Source of the DNA: a virus | Lineage: Duplodnaviria; Caudoviricetes | Reading direction: 5' to 3' (one strand) | Length of the DNA: 64,000 nt | Virus record (IMG/VR): IMGVR_UViG_3300035208_003115 | Part shown: piece after piece, positions 35,309-45,903 of the stretch | Layout of the letters: every line of letters begins with the position of its first letter | How positions within the stretch are numbered: the first letter of the stretch is position 1 | Made by a program: the position numbers and the translations under genes | Notes under the pieces: generated by a model | Told to the model about the DNA's origin: nothing | What the model saw: the letters and a program-made list of their open reading frames with translations, nothing else | Database searches by the model: none

Positions 35309-35513
35309 TGTTGAAAGAGTATCACTAGTTGAAAGCTTGGGAAATCAGATAGAGGGGCTTCAAAGTGAGATTAGTAGCAAGAAGGAGTGGATTGCTTTCC
35401 ATCAGACTTTGATGGAGAAGCAAGAGTTAGAGCTGGGGATTATGATTGATGCTCTTAATGAATTAGAAAATAGTGCTCATATCCTCAAGCACATCCAAGG
35501 GAGACCATTTTAA
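35148..35513 (+). CDS. hypothetical coiled-coil protein
   Basis: ORF; start uncertain. Confidence 0.4.
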   Translation: MNMQRRMRTFYKSWRINYMGTYPLPQNQKLLPVRPTTVLKFKNLNPETSAQTLSVERVSLVESLGNQIEGLQSEISSKKEWIAFHQTLMEKQELELGIMIDALNELENSAHILKHIQGRPF

Positions 35514-36016
35514 TGAGTAAGACAACAGCTGACCAAGCCAAGGAAGCGTTAGATACCTTTAATGATCTGAAGAAAGATATCGATAAAATTAAAGATAGCG
35601 TAGATACCGCTATGAACGAAGCGTCTGCTGCCACTAAGAAGTTTGAGGGAGCTACTACTGCGGTCAAAGAAATGACACAGGCTATTATGCTCCATGAGAT
35701 GTCTCTTCGTAAGCTCTATATGGGGTATACCGCCCAGTCAATTCTCTCAGATGCTCTGATTCGCTACATGGCAGGATATGAGAAGGGCGACTATCTCAAA
35801 GAGATGGAGAAGGTAGCCGAGAAGGGTGGGGATGTTCAGTTGGCCGACATGGAGATTAAGAACAAGGATTTCGATGTTCGTCGGCTGTCAGACATCGCTC
35901 AGGAAATTGCAGATGCCCAGGCTAAAGCTACCGAAGATGCCAAGAAGATGAGGGATCTTTCTGAGTCTACAATTGTTGCACCAGACGGTAAACCAGTTCT
36001 GCGCGTAGTTAAGTAA
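35513..36016 (+). CDS. hypothetical coiled-coil protein
   Basis: GGAG RBS, coupled. Confidence 0.6.
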   Translation: MSKTTADQAKEALDTFNDLKKDIDKIKDSVDTAMNEASAATKKFEGATTAVKEMTQAIMLHEMSLRKLYMGYTAQSILSDALIRYMAGYEKGDYLKEMEKVAEKGGDVQLADMEIKNKDFDVRRLSDIAQEIADAQAKATEDAKKMRDLSESTIVAPDGKPVLRVVK

Positions 36017-36043
36017 TCCTCCTAGCAGGGATTTGGTCGCTGG

Positions 36044-36739
36044 TTGTCCAACGAGTGGAATGCGCAGACTACTGGTTCGGAGAGCCAACGACCCTCTTTG
36101 AGGAACTATATGGATATCCAGGAATTAGAAATCGCAATAAAGAAGATTCTAGATAGTGAGTCAAACACTGTCGATTTATTTGGGCATCCCTCTACCATGA
36201 TAGACTCGGATCGGTTTTGGAGTTGTGCCCAATCTATTGCTTTTCGGGTAACAGAATTGCTAGCAAGGCAGAAAGCGTATTCTTCCCCTATAGTTTCAAC
36301 TATAAATGGAACGCTAGTTTCTTTAATCCCTGTAACGATCAGAGAATTAACCGTATCTAGAGAAGTCTCCAGGCTAGGATTCCTAGACACGAATGTGAAT
36401 ATAGCTATATCGACAGCTTTATCTGGTCCGAATCTCACGATTTTAGAAAAGCTAGCAGGAGAGCTCAGCCGCAATGAGAAGCAGACAGACACAATGCTAG
36501 CTTTAATCCCAAAGACGGAGACGTCTAAATGCGGATTATCTTCTCCCAGCCCTGATGGTCCCTCCAGATCCACAGACACTTCTGGCAATTTTCAGGAACC
36601 CGCTGACAATCTATTTGATCAAAGGCCTCTCTATAGACAAGTCCAGGAGAGGGTTGAGAGATCTTCTTTTTTCGCTGATCGCGCTGATTATCAGGGGACT
36701 TCCGATTACAGGAATTATCCTTATGACGGATACCCTTAG
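36044..36739 (+). CDS. hypothetical protein, 3' end overlaps convergent gene
   Basis: ORF; start may be the ATG at 36110. Confidence 0.45.
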   Translation: MSNEWNAQTTGSESQRPSLRNYMDIQELEIAIKKILDSESNTVDLFGHPSTMIDSDRFWSCAQSIAFRVTELLARQKAYSSPIVSTINGTLVSLIPVTIRELTVSREVSRLGFLDTNVNIAISTALSGPNLTILEKLAGELSRNEKQTDTMLALIPKTETSKCGLSSPSPDGPSRSTDTSGNFQEPADNLFDQRPLYRQVQERVERSSFFADRADYQGTSDYRNYPYDGYP

Positions 36740-36908
36740 TCTTTTCTCTTTTGCACTGAATCAATAATATCTTCTCTTTATTCCACGCAACAATATCAAA
36801 TACTCCATGAGAACCCGAAGCTCGGATACAGTTATAACCTTCTTCTTTTAGCTCCGTCATTGCTTTATACTCTGTATTTCTTCCTCTTATATAATTTGGA
36901 TTAGGCAT
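36525..36908 (-). CDS. Hjc-like PD-(D/E)XK Holliday junction resolvase
   Basis: G...E......L...GY..IRASGS.G..DIVA......LIQCK. Confidence 0.8.
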   Translation of the reverse strand: MPNPNYIRGRNTEYKAMTELKEEGYNCIRASGSHGVFDIVAWNKEKILLIQCKREKTKGIRHKDNSCNRKSPDNQRDQRKKKISQPSPGLVYREAFDQIDCQRVPENCQKCLWIWRDHQGWEKIIRI

Positions 36909-37356
36909 ATGAGTCAAACCCCATAAAGGTATTCCCGGGTTTGGGATTTTCAGGGCCGGGGATATCATTCGCGTTCCGCATTTTCTTCTTGGCGGACTGG
37001 AGCTGGTCAGCAACCTTTCTTGTGGGGTCCTTTGGACTCATATCTTTCTGGATTGGGATCTGCAGGTCAGTAGAAGCATTTGGATATAGAGCTTGGAATT
37101 CTTCCTTTACAATATCCGTACAGTCTTTATGCTCTTTATTAAATCTTTCCTCGTCATTGTGTTCATGAGGAATCGCAGTTAATACATAGCTCTGAGCAAC
37201 TGATTTCCCATCTGCCTGTAAGTCAATCGCTACAGAAATCTTTACACCGGTTTGGTTTTTGATAATATAGCCACATAGTCTGTCAATTATATTGCTAATA
37301 GCCAACATTTCTGGGAATGGTTCTCCCTCATAATCTTCTGGTTCTAAAGTCTGCAT
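36901..37356 (-). CDS. hypothetical protein
   Basis: ORF with RBS. Confidence 0.55.
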   Translation of the reverse strand: MQTLEPEDYEGEPFPEMLAISNIIDRLCGYIIKNQTGVKISVAIDLQADGKSVAQSYVLTAIPHEHNDEERFNKEHKDCTDIVKEEFQALYPNASTDLQIPIQKDMSPKDPTRKVADQLQSAKKKMRNANDIPGPENPKPGNTFMGFDSYA

Positions 37357-37382
37357 ATTAGTTCCTTATGCATATTGGCTCC

Positions 37383-37766
37383 TTATAGTGATGCTAATAT
37401 TTTCCTTGCGATTGAGTCTGTATCAAGTTTATCATAATACCATATTTCAATGATTTGCCATCCTTGTTCTACGCACAATCTTCTCTTGAGAGCATCTCGC
37501 TTTAGCTGAACCTCAAAGGCATGTTTGGCCTTTTCTTTATCGCCATCAAATGCAACCGGTCCATCATGTTGTTCCCCATGACATTCAATAGCCATCTTGA
37601 GATCCAAGATAAACCAGTCAATATGGAACGGAGTTTTGGGAATAGGATATTCTTGATAGGAGCGGAGAGCACGAAGAATGGGGTGTGTGCGTAGGGCATT
37701 CCCTACAGCTCGGTGAAGCTTAGAGGCGCTTTTTCTATAACTGAATTTATGTCTTTTATAACTCAT
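37383..37766 (-). CDS. DUF559/Vsr-like endonuclease
   Basis: QEY....HID.F.....AIECHGEQH...RD..KR..C...G..IIEIWY. Confidence 0.8.
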   Translation of the reverse strand: MSYKRHKFSYRKSASKLHRAVGNALRTHPILRALRSYQEYPIPKTPFHIDWFILDLKMAIECHGEQHDGPVAFDGDKEKAKHAFEVQLKRDALKRRLCVEQGWQIIEIWYYDKLDTDSIARKILASL

Positions 37767-37782
37767 GTCTCACCTAGAAAGG

Positions 37783-37817
37783 AATCCGCTGACTCCCTAA
37801 AAGGAACCAGCGGATCC
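37783..37817. terminator. intergenic hairpin, possible terminator
   Basis: ATCCGCTG...CAGCGGAT inverted repeat. Confidence 0.4.
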
Positions 37818-37850
37818 ATCCTAGCATATTCCTACTTAAAGTTCAATCAA

Positions 37851-38123
37851 TTAGAAGTCAAAGACGTCTAATAGAGCGACTCCAGAGGCAGAAACCGTCC
37901 CATCATCGTTATATAGAGTCGCCTTGGCGTCCTCTAGATTAAAGGTGTGACCACTCTCCTGCGGACAATAGTACTGCCGCATTCCATAGTTAACCTTCGA
38001 AGAGGCTCCGACTGGCCCGAGAGGTGATAGTTCAATCTTCTTCTCTTCTGGGTGAAGGGGGCACTCTACGGCCCAGGATACTGGGACTTTTGTGTGCTTA
38101 AGATAACTAATCCGCTTACGCAT
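37851..38123 (-). CDS. hypothetical Zn-binding protein
   Basis: CPLH...C....H; RBS AGGAG. Confidence 0.55.
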   Translation of the reverse strand: MRKRISYLKHTKVPVSWAVECPLHPEEKKIELSPLGPVGASSKVNYGMRQYYCPQESGHTFNLEDAKATLYNDDGTVSASGVALLDVFDF

Positions 38124-38145
38124 TTATAATACTCCTTTTGACCGA

Positions 38146-38484
38146 TTAGAGTGCTTGAGCTGTGGTATCGAATGGATAAGCAACTCCATCCAATCCGGAA
38201 GCGGGAGCGCCATCAGCAAGTAGAACTTTCGGATACATATAGCCCCGCTGGCTAGATTCATCCCAGTATTGCGAACCGTGCTGAGTTGTCATAGTAGAAC
38301 CACTCGTCAGCGCGATGTTTTCATTGTTGTGCAAATTAACATTCTTGCTCGCAGTATACGGATCCTCGTAGTAGTGCATTTGAGGTAGGCCCGGATAGTT
38401 TGGGTTGTCCGTAATTACTGCGTGCACTGGAGTTCCAGTAGGAAGAGCAGCGAAAGCTGGTCCCCAACCGATATCGTAACCCAT
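38146..38484 (-). CDS. hypothetical protein
   Basis: RBS AGGAG. Confidence 0.6.
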   Translation of the reverse strand: MGYDIGWGPAFAALPTGTPVHAVITDNPNYPGLPQMHYYEDPYTASKNVNLHNNENIALTSGSTMTTQHGSQYWDESSQRGYMYPKVLLADGAPASGLDGVAYPFDTTAQAL

Positions 38485-38501
38485 TGATGTGCTCCTTTAA
38501 T

Positions 38502-38975
38502 TTATAGAAACTGACTGAACGGATCGATGTCAGTGGGATGAATATAATCCCCTCTCATTAGACCCGCTAAACCACTTGGCAATGAAGACTTCTGGGGAAT
38601 TGGTTTTACGAAGAAAGCGTGGCACGTATTACAGACCCAATAGGTCTCGTACTCGTTGACATCCCCGTAATAAGTAATAGTATCAATTCCCATTGAACCC
38701 TCATTCGCATACGGACGTTGGAAGGTCCACTGTAGACCTGATGGTGCAGGACGGAAGTACCCACTAGGATTAGAGTTCCATGTGGGCCGGCTAATACCGG
38801 ACACTTCAATCACACCATCATCGTTCACCGGTCCCATGGGCTGTGTTAAACCGTTGGGATTGAACTTATTTCTATAGGCCGGGTAGCTGATATCGCTACT
38901 ATCACATTCCGGACAGGCCTTTAGAAGGTCTATAGGAACCCCGTTCACGTAAGTCCTGAGCCTATATTCGCTCAT
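38502..38975 (-). CDS. hypothetical Zn-ribbon protein
   Basis: CPEC...CNTC. Confidence 0.6.
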   Translation of the reverse strand: MSEYRLRTYVNGVPIDLLKACPECDSSDISYPAYRNKFNPNGLTQPMGPVNDDGVIEVSGISRPTWNSNPSGYFRPAPSGLQWTFQRPYANEGSMGIDTITYYGDVNEYETYWVCNTCHAFFVKPIPQKSSLPSGLAGLMRGDYIHPTDIDPFSQFL

Positions 38976-39138
38976 TTATATACTCCATTCTGGGGTTCTT
39001 TATTACCGCTACACCTATATTCTAACAACTCTAGGTAACGCGATTCCAATATATGTCAACAAAATAATAACATTACTTATAAGCCATAACACGAATAGTG
39101 CTATAGTGCACCTACAGTGTTATTATGCTCTCATTGTG

Positions 39139-39846
39139 CTAATTTGTCTCGGGAGTATACTGATAAATAAAGCCCGAGGGCTGAAGTTTGGCGACCTTCT
39201 TCCAGTCCATTTCGGCTTTAGATGCTATGAATCCATAGGGTAAAAGATGGGTTTTGACCCAGGCAATCCACTCGGGAGTCGCCGTGAGGGGAACCTCAAG
39301 CGCAGAGATGAATCCAAACCTTTCATCATCTAGATTTGGACGAGGATATGCCGGCGTAGCTTCTACGACATGGAGCTTATCGGCTACCCTATAGAGCTTA
39401 CTACGAACCAGCGTATATTCGGCCCAATTACCCTGATCAACAAAGACTACGTGGCACTTGGTATCCTTAGCTATTCTAAGAGCTAGCTCTCCTGTTTTCC
39501 CGTAGTAGTCCAGAACCCTATGATATTTAGGTTTTGCTTGCTCTATTGTCGCATGAATCCATTTAAGAATATCTAGATGTTTCATGTGAGTATGGTCACA
39601 TAGCCCATATAGTGGTTCGTCTGAGCCATTTCCCGCCGATGATATTTCTGCAATAACCTGTGGTTCTGTATCTCCCGTGAACTGAGATAGTGCCTGAATT
39701 GCTGGTCTTAGAATTTGAAATACGGCGCGGCCGGCGCTAGCTTCCGAGATTCCTATGAATTTCATCCAGTCTTTGCACTCCGGGAGGTTCATCCTCCACT
39801 CTGTTAGCTGGGCCATATTCTGTGGGACTACTCTTCTGATGGGCAT
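39139..39846 (-). CDS. SAM-methyltransferase-like protein
   Basis: RVLDYYGKTG motif I-like. Confidence 0.5.
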   Translation of the reverse strand: MPIRRVVPQNMAQLTEWRMNLPECKDWMKFIGISEASAGRAVFQILRPAIQALSQFTGDTEPQVIAEISSAGNGSDEPLYGLCDHTHMKHLDILKWIHATIEQAKPKYHRVLDYYGKTGELALRIAKDTKCHVVFVDQGNWAEYTLVRSKLYRVADKLHVVEATPAYPRPNLDDERFGFISALEVPLTATPEWIAWVKTHLLPYGFIASKAEMDWKKVAKLQPSGFIYQYTPETN

Positions 39847-39954
39847 TTTTTACTCGCTTGAATCGTTTTACCATTGGGGGTTAACTAACTAGTTAATCCC
39901 TTATTTAGTTCCTAGTTATAACTTATACCCTATCGGGTATAAATAATTATGGTC

Positions 39955-40617
39955 TCATTGTATTGATTCTTTTCCCGTTTCTGTGTAGGCATTTGTCCTT
40001 GTAATTTTGCAGTATGTCATGATGCAGGGATTAACAGAACTATCTTCTATCCCAATAATCTCCATCTTATACTCGTTAGAGGAAATAGTTTCAAGCTTTT
40101 CTTTAACCGCCATTTTAACTCCTGGGCATCGTCTCCACCCATAGTCATGTAGTAAGATTACTCCTCCCACAACAAGTCGAGGCCAGAAGAAATCTAGTCC
40201 GTCTTTTGTGGCCCGATATATATCCGCATCAAGATGAACGAGGCTAAATTGTCTTTTCATCATATCTTCTGTAGCAGATAGGGGGAAGATGCCTTTGATT
40301 ATTTTGACATTCGGGGCATCACTCATATAATTAAGAACATCTTCATAGGGGTAGGCAAAGTCTCCCTTCGCGTGTCCACCTTGATCTTGTTCGCTTATGG
40401 GAATACCCTCGAATGTGTCAAGACTCCATACGGTTTTCTTATCATTTGATACGGCAAGCATTTTGCTCATCCCGCCACGGAATATTCCTAGCTCAGCGAT
40501 ATCCCCAGGAATTTCTATTAATTCTCTCGCACAATCAAAAACAGTTTGGGCGTTCTCTTTAGATAGAGCAGTCCGACTATGAAATCCTGTTTTCCACAAC
40601 TCTTCAAACGTATACAT
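39955..40617 (-). CDS. TylF/MycF-family O-methyltransferase
   Basis: GDIAELG.FRGG, DTFEG.P, VHLDAD.Y, GG...HDY. Confidence 0.9.
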   Translation of the reverse strand: MYTFEELWKTGFHSRTALSKENAQTVFDCARELIEIPGDIAELGIFRGGMSKMLAVSNDKKTVWSLDTFEGIPISEQDQGGHAKGDFAYPYEDVLNYMSDAPNVKIIKGIFPLSATEDMMKRQFSLVHLDADIYRATKDGLDFFWPRLVVGGVILLHDYGWRRCPGVKMAVKEKLETISSNEYKMEIIGIEDSSVNPCIMTYCKITRTNAYTETGKESIQ

Positions 40618-40618
40618 A

Positions 40619-41689
40619 CTACTCCTTAATGGTCGAGGATAGATAATCTCTAAGCTTGTTGGAATTGCGAGGCAGATTTATGGCCGTGGCTGAAGGATAG
40701 GCATTGGTAGGCGTAAAGTCGTTTATGAGTATCCGCCGTGCATGTTTTAAGCCGAACAGTATATTGTCATAGGAGAATCCTAGTATTTTTAGATGACGTT
40801 CGGTTATTACTCTTGCCCTACTGGGGCGTGATGTTGTAAGGATTATTTCAATCTTTCCAGTGTTACGCAATTCATTAAGATATGATATATTATCTTTTAG
40901 GCCGGGAGTAGAGCCCCAGGATTTCCCAATATACTCAGATGAGTTTTCCACGAGAACACCATCTATATCGACAAAGAGAGTCGCGAACTCAGAGCGGTAT
41001 CTGTCCCAGTCCTTTATCGTTCCCCAGTCTAAGTAGTTCTTAGCAGGATTATTTCTAAAACGGATTCCATCCAAGAGCATCTTATAGATGATATGGGATA
41101 TATATAGATCTTTATTTTCTTTTGCTAGGCCATCATAGTGTTCGAGATAATCGTTTGCCTCTGCAAAGCTATATGCCCCACAGCAAAATGAAGTGCTTAA
41201 TATCTTTTTCTCTGCAATTCCCGTGATAGAACCGTCGTGCCCTAGCGTGATATAACTCTTGTTTCGGGGATCAATCAAACCCGTTTGTTCTAATTGATAA
41301 GTTGCTATCCAGTTACCGGGCGATATATTGACTTCAAACTGATTATCACAATCTTTGATTATGATAGGTCCCCTAATATGACCTCTCCGGATTCCTAGCG
41401 CGACTGTATCGGGCTGACAATGAGTATCTTCTGGTTTTATAGCAACGAGCGTAATCCTTTTGCCGGGGGCTACTTTTTTAAGCTGGCGCGGTAGACTCTC
41501 TCCATACTCGTTTGCGAATTCCGCTAAAGTAGTAATACAGATAGCAGATATCTTTGATAAATCGAGAGTTCTGATACTTTCCATTAACATAGTATTCCCA
41601 TTGGGATGAGTCAGAGTCCATTTGGGACGGACATTAGGAAAGCGACTTGATGCTCCCGCTATCGGAAGAATTAATGTTGGCTTGCGCAT
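40619..41689 (-). CDS. nucleotidyltransferase fused to HAD phosphatase
   Basis: IP.AG.SSRF...PK; KDCD; C-terminal DIDGVL, TSR, IND. Confidence 0.8.
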   Translation of the reverse strand: MRKPTLILPIAGASSRFPNVRPKWTLTHPNGNTMLMESIRTLDLSKISAICITTLAEFANEYGESLPRQLKKVAPGKRITLVAIKPEDTHCQPDTVALGIRRGHIRGPIIIKDCDNQFEVNISPGNWIATYQLEQTGLIDPRNKSYITLGHDGSITGIAEKKILSTSFCCGAYSFAEANDYLEHYDGLAKENKDLYISHIIYKMLLDGIRFRNNPAKNYLDWGTIKDWDRYRSEFATLFVDIDGVLVENSSEYIGKSWGSTPGLKDNISYLNELRNTGKIEIILTTSRPSRARVITERHLKILGFSYDNILFGLKHARRILINDFTPTNAYPSATAINLPRNSNKLRDYLSSTIKE

Positions 41690-42495
41690 ATCTGAGCTCC
41701 CTTGTATCTATCTCGAAGGACGTTTAGTTCTTCGTCTGTTTTTATATAGGGGACGATTCGTAATAGATTTATTGCTTGGATTAAATCCTGATAACGTTTA
41801 TAGTCCTCAGAAAACATGAATCTTTCATTCAGTATGTTATCTAAATATCGAAGAGCAATATTTATCTGAACGTGGTCAAATGGTTTTCTATATTTTAATA
41901 GAAACCATTTATGGAATGTGTCTTGTCTTAGTTTCGTCATATCTATAACTGGAGCCTCTATATAGCTGTCAAGCGGATCCAATAACCAGACAATATTATT
42001 TTTATCATCAATAACCATATTCGCCAGTGTTAAGTCTCCATGACAAATCCCAACCTTAAGTATAAGAGGAGTATCAATTAGCTCATAAAGGGGGCGCGTA
42101 TCAAACCCCATCCGCCTACATGTCGGTGAAATAGCATCTAGCTTAGTCTTTATTTTTCCACTAACATCCTCTGGATAACTTAGTTCTTGATTGCTTTCTA
42201 TAAAGGTAGCTAATGATTCCGCTAGCCAATTTATCTGTTTCCGATTTGTTGTTTGCAGAAACTCAATTGCATCTTTCCCAAATAGAAAGGGCAGTTTGTA
42301 GCTAGCACTCTTCTCCCGGCATTGAAAAGAATATGGCTTCGGGAGTTGGACGCCTCCCGCCGATCTCCCAGCGAGTAACTGGATCTTTTTATGCTGAGCC
42401 TTAAGTCTATCTGGTTGCCCTGAATGCTTTATAATATATCCATCATGACATATGAGTCTTGCTCCGGAACCAGGCAAGAAGGGTAGTTGATTCAT
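41671..42495 (-). CDS. APH/choline-kinase-like phosphotransferase
   Basis: CHGDLTLANM, LLDP, D..KLRQD. Confidence 0.8.
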   Translation of the reverse strand: MNQLPFLPGSGARLICHDGYIIKHSGQPDRLKAQHKKIQLLAGRSAGGVQLPKPYSFQCREKSASYKLPFLFGKDAIEFLQTTNRKQINWLAESLATFIESNQELSYPEDVSGKIKTKLDAISPTCRRMGFDTRPLYELIDTPLILKVGICHGDLTLANMVIDDKNNIVWLLDPLDSYIEAPVIDMTKLRQDTFHKWFLLKYRKPFDHVQINIALRYLDNILNERFMFSEDYKRYQDLIQAINLLRIVPYIKTDEELNVLRDRYKGAQICASQH

Positions 42496-42505
42496 TTCGG
42501 AAGTC

Positions 42506-43162
42506 CTAGATAAACTTCTCGCCGTTGAGAGCGTATAGAAGAGGTTGTTTAAAGTCAAGCTTGACACCGTTACGAGTTGCTAATTTATAGATGGTTTCCT
42601 CGGGATTTTCGGAAGATCCATAAATTTGGCTTACGCGGGCCATATCCTTGGTGTCCCATACTTTAAGGGCTGTTGGCAAATCGCTAATAGCGAACTGGTC
42701 ATTCATGCCTTTATAAACACAGACCGACGGCATAGTATATACGCCGGGCTTCATCCATTGCCCTATATCGTCTATTTTAATATCCAAATCAGGTCTCGAC
42801 AAAATAACCCCATCATATGGGATAGTAGTATCAGCGATTATCTCCAATCCAACCCTGGTTGACCAAAACTGTTTATAATTATTTTCCGGTTTCCATCTGG
42901 TTCCCGGTATTTTAACAACACGACAAAGTGTTGTTAGTCTACTTAGGGCCAGTTCTTTACTTGGTTCATTTAGTATTATTAGATTAAGCCAGGGATTAGA
43001 TTCCAAAAGAAGATGGCTATGCAGATGCTTCCATGTAATAAAATAGGCATCAACTTCATGCCCCATGGAGAGAAGATTATCCCGGTGTTCTTTTATCCGT
43101 CTATCGACATCCTCGAGCGAAGGACGGATGGGACCCCTCCATAGTACCCCATATCGAGCCAC
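42506..43162 (-). CDS. putative glycosyltransferase-like protein
   Basis: YD.VILSRPDL, NDQFA motifs. Confidence 0.5.
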   Translation of the reverse strand: MARYGVLWRGPIRPSLEDVDRRIKEHRDNLLSMGHEVDAYFITWKHLHSHLLLESNPWLNLIILNEPSKELALSRLTTLCRVVKIPGTRWKPENNYKQFWSTRVGLEIIADTTIPYDGVILSRPDLDIKIDDIGQWMKPGVYTMPSVCVYKGMNDQFAISDLPTALKVWDTKDMARVSQIYGSSENPEETIYKLATRNGVKLDFKQPLLYALNGEKFI

Positions 43163-44208
43163 TAAATGGCTCCTATCTGCTTAAAGAATTGAAGACAAAG
43201 TTTGATATGCTCATTCCTCTTTACTTCCCAGCGCTTCCGTATGTCCGACGGAACTTTGGCCGAATTAATATTCGCGTCTTCGTCTATATATTTTAGTTCT
43301 TTATTAGTAAGGATAAAGTTTAAAAGACTGGGATCGTTTGCTCCTCTTTTTACACTTTGATCCCACATTTGGTATATTTCGCGAGGAGTGGGACTAATTG
43401 GGTTAATACGGGCGACTACATCTATAGTAAAACCTGGAATAAGACTTTTCTTGGGACCTGCTTTTTTATTTGGGTCATCGTTCATCCTGTCAAACCACCA
43501 CTGCTTATCCTTATTATCATACTGCAGGACATACATGAGGGGAGTATTTCCTCGCTCTAGATGATGGCCGACATATCGTTTCATATTATTTACTCGAACG
43601 ATATACATTTTCCTATCGCCCCAACCTGAGTGCCAGACCATTGCCTCCTCTACTATTACCTCTGCTTCAGGTTGTAGTTTCTTAACAGCTTCTGTTATAA
43701 AAAGACCAACATCTTCCGTCTTGCCATAACGATTAAACATGCGGTCCCAGCCAGCGCTACCTTTTTCTCCGACCCGGGGCAATTGGACTATTGATGTTTG
43801 GGCTAGACAAATCGACTTTGCGACATATTCGGCAAAGTCTTCATCTGACTCTCCATTATGTCCGTAGTGGTGAAGGATATTAAGTAGTAACTGATAGTCT
43901 GAGAAGAACGTGGATTCGTAGAGTTTGCGGATTAAAGTAAGGCGCATATCTGCCCCACTTATAATGATATTCTTTAGCCCTTCTTTTTTAGCTAAATCTG
44001 ATTGTTTATTATGTTGGGTATGAATCTTCTCAACAGATAATACAATAGATTGAGGAAATTCCCGAGCGATATTGCGAGCGAATATTCCTATATCGCTTCC
44101 CCAGTCAATACATGAGAATGAGCGGTCTGTAGGGAAAACTGAGTGGAACGCCCCATATCTTACATCTGTGTTCTCTTTGTTTTGATAATCTGCCACAATC
44201 AACCCCAC
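43162..44208 (-). CDS. SAM-methyltransferase-like protein
   Basis: CIDWGSDIG.F, LNILHHY. Confidence 0.6.
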   Translation of the reverse strand: MGLIVADYQNKENTDVRYGAFHSVFPTDRSFSCIDWGSDIGIFARNIAREFPQSIVLSVEKIHTQHNKQSDLAKKEGLKNIIISGADMRLTLIRKLYESTFFSDYQLLLNILHHYGHNGESDEDFAEYVAKSICLAQTSIVQLPRVGEKGSAGWDRMFNRYGKTEDVGLFITEAVKKLQPEAEVIVEEAMVWHSGWGDRKMYIVRVNNMKRYVGHHLERGNTPLMYVLQYDNKDKQWWFDRMNDDPNKKAGPKKSLIPGFTIDVVARINPISPTPREIYQMWDQSVKRGANDPSLLNFILTNKELKYIDEDANINSAKVPSDIRKRWEVKRNEHIKLCLQFFKQIGAI

Positions 44209-44220
44209 ATATGTTAGATT

Positions 44221-44934
44221 TTAGTTATCATTTTTCTCTATATAAATCTGATTAGAGGAAACATTACATGAGCCGGCCCAAAATGTATTGAGCTGGTTCT
44301 CCGTATGCCATTCTTTACTCGGAACCCAAGAGCCAAGTTCGGCTCCTATATTCTGAGTACGTCCGAGTCGTGGTCTTACCTCGCTTCTTTCGCCTCGGGT
44401 AAAATGATTAACAGTAGTATCCCATGAAGCTCGTTTGCCTTCGTGGTCCCACTGGGCGCTCATATCTGTCCAGCGATTCTGCCAGGTTCCCCAGCCCCAT
44501 GGAGTAAACCACTTGGTCCTATAGACTGTGCTGAATAAAGAAGAATCTACAGTCTCTTTGTTATAGCCACAGACATTCATAATATCCGTGTCGTCAGCAT
44601 ATTTATCCCGAGCCCACTCCATAAATTCGAGAAAGTCTTTGGCCGGGACTACGTCATCTTCTAGAATTATAACAAAGTCGGACTCTTTAAACCCATGGTC
44701 TAGAGATGCGTGGACATTACGATTGCATCCAAGACGCATGGGATTTATGTGGAGAGTTTTATTTAGACCAGAGATTTTATCTATGGCATCTATTACTTCG
44801 GGGAACCCTGGCTCTGCGTGGATAAATATTTTATACTTCTCTATCCCATAGCAACTCTTCATTCCCTCGAGAACGGCCCGGGTATAACCGGGACGCCGAT
44901 AAACAGGCATTACTATGACTTTTTCGTATCGCAT
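44221..44934 (-). CDS. GT-A glycosyltransferase
   Basis: VYRRP, ILEDD, WGWGTW..RW, R.QNIG. Confidence 0.85.
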   Translation of the reverse strand: MRYEKVIVMPVYRRPGYTRAVLEGMKSCYGIEKYKIFIHAEPGFPEVIDAIDKISGLNKTLHINPMRLGCNRNVHASLDHGFKESDFVIILEDDVVPAKDFLEFMEWARDKYADDTDIMNVCGYNKETVDSSLFSTVYRTKWFTPWGWGTWQNRWTDMSAQWDHEGKRASWDTTVNHFTRGERSEVRPRLGRTQNIGAELGSWVPSKEWHTENQLNTFWAGSCNVSSNQIYIEKNDN

Positions 44935-44948
44935 TTAAATTCCTTGAG

Positions 44949-45239
44949 TTAGACCTGTTCAGGATTGTCTCGATAAAGTCTATATTTCCCGAGCTTCAAT
45001 ACTAGGTGCTTCTCTACACCCGGAGAAATCATCTCCTGTTTGTCTACCAGACGAGACATAGCCCAACCGCCTTCCGGCGTTGAAGGACAGTATTCTTCAG
45101 TAGAAGAGGAGATATGAAAAGATGCGATTTCAGTATTCTGATCATTGCTAACCGAGATTACTTCACAATCAGGTGGAAGCCCCAACCATTTGGCCAGAGC
45201 TTCATAGGTCATCCGGAAGATGGCGCGATGTTTAGGCAT
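44949..45239 (-). CDS. hypothetical protein
   Basis: ATG after AGGAG at the vWA gene end. Confidence 0.5.
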   Translation of the reverse strand: MPKHRAIFRMTYEALAKWLGLPPDCEVISVSNDQNTEIASFHISSSTEEYCPSTPEGGWAMSRLVDKQEMISPGVEKHLVLKLGKYRLYRDNPEQV

Positions 45240-45903
45240 TGCTATCTCCTCCTGTATTACTATCTGTAAAAAACTCAGTATTTCTATCGAGGGCCTGGGC
45301 ACAATTCATGCTTCTTACCGAAGACATGCTACGAGATAATAGGGTATATGTTTCGCTAATTCCCTTACTAGTTGCATCATAGTTTAGTGTGGATCCGGCA
45401 TAGCCACTAATTCCACCAATGCCTACAGATCCAGCTTCAGAGAAGGAATCGATATTGGCTCCCATGAATACGAATCGCCACATAGCTGTCTGGCATTCTT
45501 CAACTAGTTTCTTGAGATCATCTTTCTTAATCTCGCGACTTGAGTTTTCCTCGCCGTCAGTAATGACAACTGCAACAATCCGACCCGGGCGACTATCTTC
45601 GGGCATGGAATTGACATATTCCTTGGTCTCTTGGATTGCCTTATGCAGGCCGTCCAGAAGAGCCGTTCCACCTCTCGGGGAATAGGTCAGGTCATTCAGT
45701 TTGGGGACATTAGCAAGAGGAACTCCGTTGAAGTCTACTTGGTATTCATGGTCAAACTGGACCAGTGTCATAGTGGCCTTGCCTGGAAGCTTCTGTTGTT
45801 CTTCAAGAAAGTGATTAAATCCACCGATTGTATCTTTGGCTAGGGATGACATCGATCCCGAGCGGTCAATGACAACTGTAATATGTGTATAGTTCTGATC
45901 CAT
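45232..45903 (-). CDS. vWA domain protein
   Basis: DRSGSM, TALLD, ITDGEENSS. Confidence 0.9.
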   Translation of the reverse strand: MDQNYTHITVVIDRSGSMSSLAKDTIGGFNHFLEEQQKLPGKATMTLVQFDHEYQVDFNGVPLANVPKLNDLTYSPRGGTALLDGLHKAIQETKEYVNSMPEDSRPGRIVAVVITDGEENSSREIKKDDLKKLVEECQTAMWRFVFMGANIDSFSEAGSVGIGGISGYAGSTLNYDATSKGISETYTLLSRSMSSVRSMNCAQALDRNTEFFTDSNTGGDSNA

